Assembly: GCA_041917295.1 (NCBI GenBank) | Contig: JAYRXX010000063.1 | Coordinates: forward strand, 21,583-85,582 | Direction of reading: 5' to 3' | Length of the DNA stretch: 64,000 bases | DNA from: Elusimicrobiota bacterium | GTDB lineage: Bacteria > Elusimicrobiota > Elusimicrobia > FEN-1173 | Translations under genes and position numbers: made by a program | Notes under the pieces: generated by a model | What the model was told of the DNA's origin: nothing | The model's input: only the letters and a program-made list of their open reading frames with translations | Databases searched by the model: none | In this document: in pieces, positions 58,594 through 64,000 of the stretch | Layout of the letters: each line of letters starts with the position of its first letter | How positions within the stretch are numbered: position 1 is the first letter of the stretch

Positions 58594-59335
58594 GGCCTTC
58601 TCCTTCCATGACGCGGACCAACTTCAGCCAGGTGTAATAGGCGCTCAAGACCGCGTAAATCAGTCCAGGGTTTCCGTCTAAAAATCCCAATTTAAGCACA
58701 TAACGGGAAAAAAAGTCCCAGGGCAAACGCGCGTGGCTCCAGAGGGTAAACCGCCGCCCTTTGCGGTACTTGTCCCGGGCGATCAAGCCCGTGTAGCGGT
58801 TACACTTTTCCAAATATTCCGCGAAATTTTTATAACTTTCGTGCAACACCGGGCCGCGCAATCGCCCGTAAGGGGGGACCACCGAAATGCCTTCATGAAT
58901 CTCGCGCCCCTCGTAATGGGCCTTGTCCCGGCGAAACAAACGCAAATGCCATTCGCTCCAGTGCCCGCCGAAACGCAACCGGCGGCCCAAAAACAGGTTG
59001 TGGTAGCGCAGATGAAACCCGTTCACCGTCGGTGATCCAGCCAACACGGCCCGGATCTCTTGGCCCAACGCGGGGCTGAGCCGCTCGTCGGCATCGATGT
59101 TGATCACCCAGTCCCCGGTGGCCTGTTCCAAGGCGAACTGTTTTTGAGGGCCAAACCCCGCGAAATCCCGTTCGATCACCCGGGCGCCTTTTTCCCGGGC
59201 GATGTCCCGGGTTCGGTCGGTGGAATGGCTGTCAACCAGGACAATTTCGTCGGCGACACCGTGAAGGCTGTCGAGACAACCGGGCAAATCCCGTTCTTCG
59301 TTGCGGGCAATGATAATGGCCGAAAGTCGTGTCAT
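58583..59335 (-). CDS. glycosyltransferase family 2 (LPS core, WaaE/KdtX-like)
   Basis: MTRLSAIIIARNEERDL...LVDSHSTDRT...DADE. ATG at 59335 ATGA-overlaps the upstream stop. The ORF-track N-terminal 156 aa (to 59803) run out of frame through the GT4 gene. Confidence 0.8.
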   Translation of the reverse strand: MTRLSAIIIARNEERDLPGCLDSLHGVADEIVLVDSHSTDRTRDIAREKGARVIERDFAGFGPQKQFALEQATGDWVINIDADERLSPALGQEIRAVLAGSPTVNGFHLRYHNLFLGRRLRFGGHWSEWHLRLFRRDKAHYEGREIHEGISVVPPYGRLRGPVLHESYKNFAEYLEKCNRYTGLIARDKYRKGRRFTLWSHARLPWDFFSRYVLKLGFLDGNPGLIYAVLSAYYTWLKLVRVMEGEGHVR

Positions 59336-60432
59336 GAGGGGGTCCCCCACACCTCGTTGTAGAGTGATTCGTATCCGTCCGCCATGGCCCGGGCGGTGAA
59401 CCGCGCCGCCGTTTGGCGTCCCTGTTCCACCCGACGCCCGGCCTCCGCCGGGTCTTGCAAAACCCACAGAACGTTTTTCGCCAACGCCTCCGCATCCCCC
59501 GCGGGTGTGAGTTCGGCCGCGTTGGGACCTTCGTAAAGGTCCGCCAACCCGCCCACGCGGGTGGCCGCGGTAGGCACCTCCACCGCCATGGCATCGATTA
59601 ATGCCCCGCCGATTCCTTCCGCCACGGAAGATAATACGAAAACATCGGCCAGGGCCGTACACGCCACCACGTCCGTTCGGTGCCCCCACAGGAAAACATG
59701 GCCGGACAAACCCAGATCCACGATGCTTTTTTCCAACACCGGCCGAAGAGGGCCTTCCCCGCAAATAACAAATTTGATTTTGGGAACCCGCGCCTGAAGC
59801 CATTTCGCCGCCCGCAAAAACGTGGCCTGATCTTTTTGGTCCACCAACGCCCCGGCGGTGAGGACCACCACATCGTCCACAGCCAACCCGCGTTCTTGAC
59901 GTAACCGAACCCTGTCGGCCGACGTGGGATAGCCTTCCCGGTTGACTCCGCTGTGAATCACCCGAATCTTTTGTTTCGGAACCCCGCCCTGAACAGCGAT
60001 GTCCCCCACCGCCGTGGCCACCACGGCCATGCCGTCCACCGCGGCGTACTTCCAGCGGCTGAACGGATTATGAGCCAAGGGCGTATCCACCCGTCGGGTG
60101 GCCACCAGCCTAAACCGACCACGACCCAATTTTTTGGCCAAAGCCCCCAGCCCCGCCGCATGCCCCGTGTGGGCGTGCAAAATAGAAATGTTTTCTGCCT
60201 TCGCGTACCGTGCCAGACGGTAAGCCAAAACCGGGTCCCACTCGCCCCAGGGTCGAACGGGCAAAACACGGAGGCCTTCTTTCTGCGCGGCCACGGCCAA
60301 CGGCTCGCCAGGTCGTGCGGCGATGGTGTTGCGGTATCCGCGCCGGGCCAACTCCACCGCCAGCAAAAACGTTTGACGTTCTCCGCCTCGCCAGCCCCGT
60401 TCCGTGTTGATGTGCAAAACGCCCCAGCTCAC
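59332..60432 (-). CDS. glycosyltransferase family 4
   Basis: GT-B fold with C-terminal EGIGGALIDAMAVEVPTAATRVGGL (E-x7-E-like). Confidence 0.8.
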   Translation of the reverse strand: MSWGVLHINTERGWRGGERQTFLLAVELARRGYRNTIAARPGEPLAVAAQKEGLRVLPVRPWGEWDPVLAYRLARYAKAENISILHAHTGHAAGLGALAKKLGRGRFRLVATRRVDTPLAHNPFSRWKYAAVDGMAVVATAVGDIAVQGGVPKQKIRVIHSGVNREGYPTSADRVRLRQERGLAVDDVVVLTAGALVDQKDQATFLRAAKWLQARVPKIKFVICGEGPLRPVLEKSIVDLGLSGHVFLWGHRTDVVACTALADVFVLSSVAEGIGGALIDAMAVEVPTAATRVGGLADLYEGPNAAELTPAGDAEALAKNVLWVLQDPAEAGRRVEQGRQTAARFTARAMADGYESLYNEVWGTPS

Positions 60433-61484
60433 CGAAAGGATCTCCGTCGATGAGCCACGGCCTCGTCGTAGGCCTTTTCGGTTTTTTCTCCCATGACCGC
60501 CAGGCCAAACTGGGTCTCGGCCAAACGACGGGCCCGCTCGCCCATTTTCCGCCGCCGATCCGCGTGCTCCATAAGAAGGCCGATGGTTCGGGCCAACGCC
60601 CCCGGATTCTTAGGTGGGACCAGATACCCGTTGTCGCCGTTCAACACCATTTCCGGCAACGCGCCAACAGCGGTGGCCACCAACGGCCGCCCGTGGGCCA
60701 TCCATTCCAGAGCGGCGCGGCTAACCGCTTCGCTTTCCACGGACGCGATGATCCCCCCATGGCAGTCGTCCATAAAAGCACCCGCGTCCGGCACGCGCCC
60801 TATCACACGAACCCATCGGGACAGTCCCAAGCGGGCCGCCCGTCGTTCCAATTCGGGCTTGGATATTTTTTTATCTTCCCCCGCGACCAAAAATGTTTGA
60901 TCGGTCAGCCGGGGGATCAACAGTTTAATGGCCTGAAGAAGGTAATCGTGCCCTTTGACCGGATCCAAACGGCCCAGCAACCCAAACCGCAACGGGCCCG
61001 GCGGAGGCGGGAGAGTGGGATGAATTTCGACCCCCGGATAAATGACCGACAGCCGTTCCATAAGAAAAGGAAACCGCCCGTTGTAGACCTCCGCCAACGC
61101 TTTGGACGCCACGATGACGCCGTCCGTTTGGCGAAACAAAATAGATTGGCCTGGCCGGGGGGACGCAACCCGCGCTTCGCCCCGGGTTCGCACGAGAGCG
61201 GTGGGTTTAAACCGCGTGGCGAAAAAACCCACGCTGTGGCCCGCGCCCGTGTGGGCGTTCACCACATGAAATCCGTTCGCGCCGACCCACCGTCGAAGCC
61301 CCACGGGCGATCCCAAAAGATAAACCGGAAAACCCAAGGACTCGGCCTGACGCGCCGGCGCCAGACCGGGCCGCGCCGCGACCCAAATGTCGTGCCCGCG
61401 CTGTTTCATGGAACGGGCCGCTGCTAACCCGTAGGCGGTCAAACCCGAGTCCCAGCGTTCGTCGAGAATATGGAGAATTTTCAT
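60429..61484 (-). CDS. glycosyltransferase family 4
   Basis: MKILHILDE... and a C-terminal GT4 motif (SVESEAVSRAALEWMAHGRPLVATAVGALPEMV). ATGA overlap. The ORF-track 5' extension is rejected. Confidence 0.8.
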   Translation of the reverse strand: MKILHILDERWDSGLTAYGLAAARSMKQRGHDIWVAARPGLAPARQAESLGFPVYLLGSPVGLRRWVGANGFHVVNAHTGAGHSVGFFATRFKPTALVRTRGEARVASPRPGQSILFRQTDGVIVASKALAEVYNGRFPFLMERLSVIYPGVEIHPTLPPPPGPLRFGLLGRLDPVKGHDYLLQAIKLLIPRLTDQTFLVAGEDKKISKPELERRAARLGLSRWVRVIGRVPDAGAFMDDCHGGIIASVESEAVSRAALEWMAHGRPLVATAVGALPEMVLNGDNGYLVPPKNPGALARTIGLLMEHADRRRKMGERARRLAETQFGLAVMGEKTEKAYDEAVAHRRRSFR

Positions 61485-62506
61485 GCGGTCACCGGTGAAG
61501 GACGGGTCAATAGGCCCCGAACCGCGCTCACCACCCGATCCACGCTCACGTCGTTCATGCATCGAAAGTGTCCTTTCGGACACGTTTTCGCGCCATGGAG
61601 AGAACAGGGCCGACAATCCAGTCCTTCCGACTCCACAACCGTCGTCCAGTGCCCTTTAGGAAAGAAGCCGAACGGCTTCACGGTGGGACCAAAGATTGCC
61701 ACGGTGGGAACACCCAACGCGGCCGACACATGCAAAGCGCCGGAATCGTTGGTCAACACCACGCGGCATTGGCTCAGGACAATCATCAGGTCCCGCACCG
61801 ACGTTTGTCCGGCGACGCTGACGGCCGGGGATTCCAACGTGCGCAGGACCCATTCGACCGCTCCCCTATCCGATTTTGAACCCAATAATACAACCGGTAA
61901 ATTCAGTTCCCGGGACAGTCGATCCGCCGCCTGGGCAAACCGGTCCGGGAACCACCGTTTGGTGGCGTGCAAGGCCCCCGGGGCCACGCCGATGAACGGG
62001 CCGGGCCCCAACCGACGTTCAAGGTCGTCCGCCAACCGGTCTCTGGGCGGCACAGGGAGGCGGGGAACCATGTCCGTGGCCGCCACGCCGAGAGGCGCCA
62101 AGGATTCCACGTATCTTTCCACAACACCGTCGTTCAGCCGATCCGACGGCTTTTTAAACCACACCAACAGACGCCGTTCCCAGGCGCGTTTGTCGTAGCG
62201 CACGCGCCGGCCCGCGCTTGACACCAAAGACCACAAACGGGACCGAAACGTTCCATGCAAATCCACCACCAGGTCAAACCGTCTTCGCCGAATTTCCCGC
62301 GCCCACCCCCAAACACCGAGGGATTCGAATTCCGCCACCTCATCGACGTGAGGATGTCCAACCAAAACTGGCGCGAACGATTTTTTAACCAAAAAAGTTA
62401 TGTGCGCCTGGGGCCAGGCGGATTTAAGCGCCGATAGGGCCGGCAAGGTCAACACCACATCGCCCAGGGACGACAACCGAATAACCAAAATTCTTTTGGG
62501 TGTCAT
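61481..62506 (-). CDS. glycosyltransferase family 9 (heptosyltransferase WaaF/WaaQ-like)
   Basis: MTPKRILVIRLSSLGDVVLTLPALSALKSAWPQAHITFLV... ATGA overlap with the waaA stop. The ORF-track 5' extension is rejected. Confidence 0.8.
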   Translation of the reverse strand: MTPKRILVIRLSSLGDVVLTLPALSALKSAWPQAHITFLVKKSFAPVLVGHPHVDEVAEFESLGVWGWAREIRRRRFDLVVDLHGTFRSRLWSLVSSAGRRVRYDKRAWERRLLVWFKKPSDRLNDGVVERYVESLAPLGVAATDMVPRLPVPPRDRLADDLERRLGPGPFIGVAPGALHATKRWFPDRFAQAADRLSRELNLPVVLLGSKSDRGAVEWVLRTLESPAVSVAGQTSVRDLMIVLSQCRVVLTNDSGALHVSAALGVPTVAIFGPTVKPFGFFPKGHWTTVVESEGLDCRPCSLHGAKTCPKGHFRCMNDVSVDRVVSAVRGLLTRPSPVTA

Positions 62507-63759
62507 GAGCGAAGGGCTCCTTCCAACAGGAGCACGTTGGATTCCAACGCGCCCCGCTGGCCGTCGGCCACTGTGCGGGCGGCCGAGCCCACGTGGTCGC
62601 GCCGAGCGCTCGACGACAACAACAAATCGATTTGCACCGCCAAATCGTCCCCGTTGGAGACCGACACGGCGGCTTGATTTTCCACGAACAGCGCGGCCAC
62701 TTCCCTGAAATTTTCCATGTGGGGGCCGAACAGGGTGGGAACACCCCACCGAGCGGGCTCCAACGGATTTTGCCCTCCCCGGGGAACAAGGCTTCCCCCC
62801 ACGAACGCCACGGTGGCGGTTGCGTAGAGGTCGGACAACTCGCCCACCGTGTCCAAAACAAGGACGTCCGCTGACCCCGAATAAGACGACAACCGGCTTC
62901 GCGGACAGACACGAAAACCGCGTTCGGAGAAAAGCCGAGCCACGTCTCCCGCCCGTTCCGCGTGTCGGGGCGCGGCCACCAGCCGGAGAGCCGAATGCTT
63001 TTTTCGCAGAGCGGTAAAAACGTCCAACAGGGTTGATTCTTCACCGGGATGGGTGCTTCCCGCCACCCACACAGGGTCGTTACCGGAAAAACCGTAGGCG
63101 GCCCGCAACGCCGATCGCCGAGACAAGTCGGGCAAGGGCACGTCGAATTTGAGGTTGCCCGTAATGACCACGGATTGAGGTGACGCGCCCAGCTGAATAT
63201 ACCGGGACGCGTGGGTTGGACTTTGAACACCGACCCGGGCCAAGGTCGACAGAAGCGGCCCGAACAGCCCCCTCGCCCGGTAATACAGCGGAAATGCCTT
63301 ATCTGAAATGCGCCCGTTGATGACCACCACCGGAACCCGGTGCCGCGCTAAGGTTTGGATCCAGTGGGGCCACAGTTCGGTTTCCACCAGAACCACCGCT
63401 TTGGGTTTCACGTTGTGAATGAGCCGGCTCACCGGACCCGGCCGATCCAAGGGAGCCAAGCGAACGGTTTCCGCCAACCCCAACCGCTGAGCCAGTTCTT
63501 TGCCGTTGACAGTGGTCGTTGTAAGCAGACGCGCTACACCCGGGAACCGACCGGGCAATGCCCGCAAAAAATTCTCCGCCGCGCGCACTTCGCCCACGGA
63601 CGCCGCGTGGACCCATACCACACCTGTCGGCGACGGTTCGACGCGCCACGACAACCGTTCCGGCAACCCTTTCACCGTTCGTCTAAACCCGTAGCGCCAA
63701 ACAAAAACAAGAAAAAGGAGCGGCGACAAAAGGAAAAACAAAATCGAATAAAGCGTCAT
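62503..63759 (-). CDS. waaA: 3-deoxy-D-manno-octulosonic acid (Kdo) transferase
   Basis: N-terminal TM anchor, then GVVWVHAASVGEVRAAENFLRAL... typical of KdtA/WaaA. Confidence 0.85.
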   Translation of the reverse strand: MTLYSILFFLLSPLLFLVFVWRYGFRRTVKGLPERLSWRVEPSPTGVVWVHAASVGEVRAAENFLRALPGRFPGVARLLTTTTVNGKELAQRLGLAETVRLAPLDRPGPVSRLIHNVKPKAVVLVETELWPHWIQTLARHRVPVVVINGRISDKAFPLYYRARGLFGPLLSTLARVGVQSPTHASRYIQLGASPQSVVITGNLKFDVPLPDLSRRSALRAAYGFSGNDPVWVAGSTHPGEESTLLDVFTALRKKHSALRLVAAPRHAERAGDVARLFSERGFRVCPRSRLSSYSGSADVLVLDTVGELSDLYATATVAFVGGSLVPRGGQNPLEPARWGVPTLFGPHMENFREVAALFVENQAAVSVSNGDDLAVQIDLLLSSSARRDHVGSAARTVADGQRGALESNVLLLEGALRS

Positions 63760-64000
63760 AGGGACGAGAGGACCGACTGGGCTTGGGTTTCAACAGCGAT
63801 CAGTAGGTTTTTCAATTTTTCCTCCGCGGCGGGGCCGGATTCGGAAAAAAATGTCGGTTCGCCGTAAACCACGGCGTAACGGCCAAAGGGTTTGGGCACC
63901 AAGAATCGATCCCAACTGCCCAACTCTTTGACACGGCGGCCGGCCCACGCGAGCGGGACGACGGGCACTTCCATTTTGGCCGCCAGGGCCAATACGCCTG
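63756..64000 (-). CDS. lysophospholipid-acyltransferase-like / DUF374-type protein, partial (N-terminus beyond window end)
   Basis: C-terminal 78 aa ...EVPVVPLAWAGRRVKELGSWDRFLVPKPFGRYAVVYGEP... 4-nt overlap with waaA. These proteins commonly sit next to kdtA. Confidence 0.45.
   Translation of the reverse strand, partial: GVLALAAKMEVPVVPLAWAGRRVKELGSWDRFLVPKPFGRYAVVYGEPTFFSESGPAAEEKLKNLLIAVETQAQSVLSSL

Overview
This is a high-GC (about 62-65%) chromosomal segment from a diderm, LPS-producing bacterium. Genes are densely packed and mostly coupled by 1-4 nt start/stop overlaps (ATGA, GTGA, TAATG).

Core genes from left to right:
- a partial GAF-domain gene, then gltD and gltB (glutamate synthase);
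- a small DUF486 membrane gene and a class II photolyase;
- dnaX and recR, followed directly by a three-gene signalling module (single-domain REC, PhoB-like regulator, PAS histidine kinase);
- an O-methyltransferase;
- an operon with a beta-barrel/TPR protein, a HAMP histidine kinase and an OmpR-type regulator;
- two tandem FG-GAP beta-propeller paralogs with FlgD-Ig-like C-terminal domains;
- amtB and glnK;
- a HTH-REC regulator, then addB and addA;
- trpB2, a LOG/PpnN-like gene, a GlpD-like oxidoreductase and a GspE/PilB ATPase;
- pyrG, kdsB, hldA, a small membrane protein, a DUF3108-like protein and an ICMT-like methyltransferase (the hypothetical 47965..48579 membrane gene is low-confidence; the 54032..54220 small ORF is likely spurious; both kept in the feature list only);
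- a long lipid A / LPS-core block: lpxL-like, lpxK, GT9, a DUF433/DUF5615 pair, a polysaccharide deacetylase, GT2, GT4, GT4, GT9, waaA and a partial acyltransferase.

The most unusual part is a roughly 10.4 kb compositionally deviant segment (about 31005-41370; local GC falls to about 45-55%) that abuts a tRNA-Leu(UAA) gene. It carries:
- a eukaryote-type PRMT-like methyltransferase;
- an intact IS4-family insertion sequence with 18-bp inverted repeats and a 9-bp target-site duplication;
- a 2313-aa signal-peptide-bearing giant protein with an HExxH zincin-like motif and no other domain I can recognise;
- a MazF/RHH toxin-antitoxin pair.

An HNH-endonuclease ORF overlaps the tRNA itself. A short palindromic element occurs at two distant intergenic sites. 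No rRNA or CRISPR array was seen.

All functional calls rest on motifs I recognise in the translated ORFs and on operon context. None was checked against a database.
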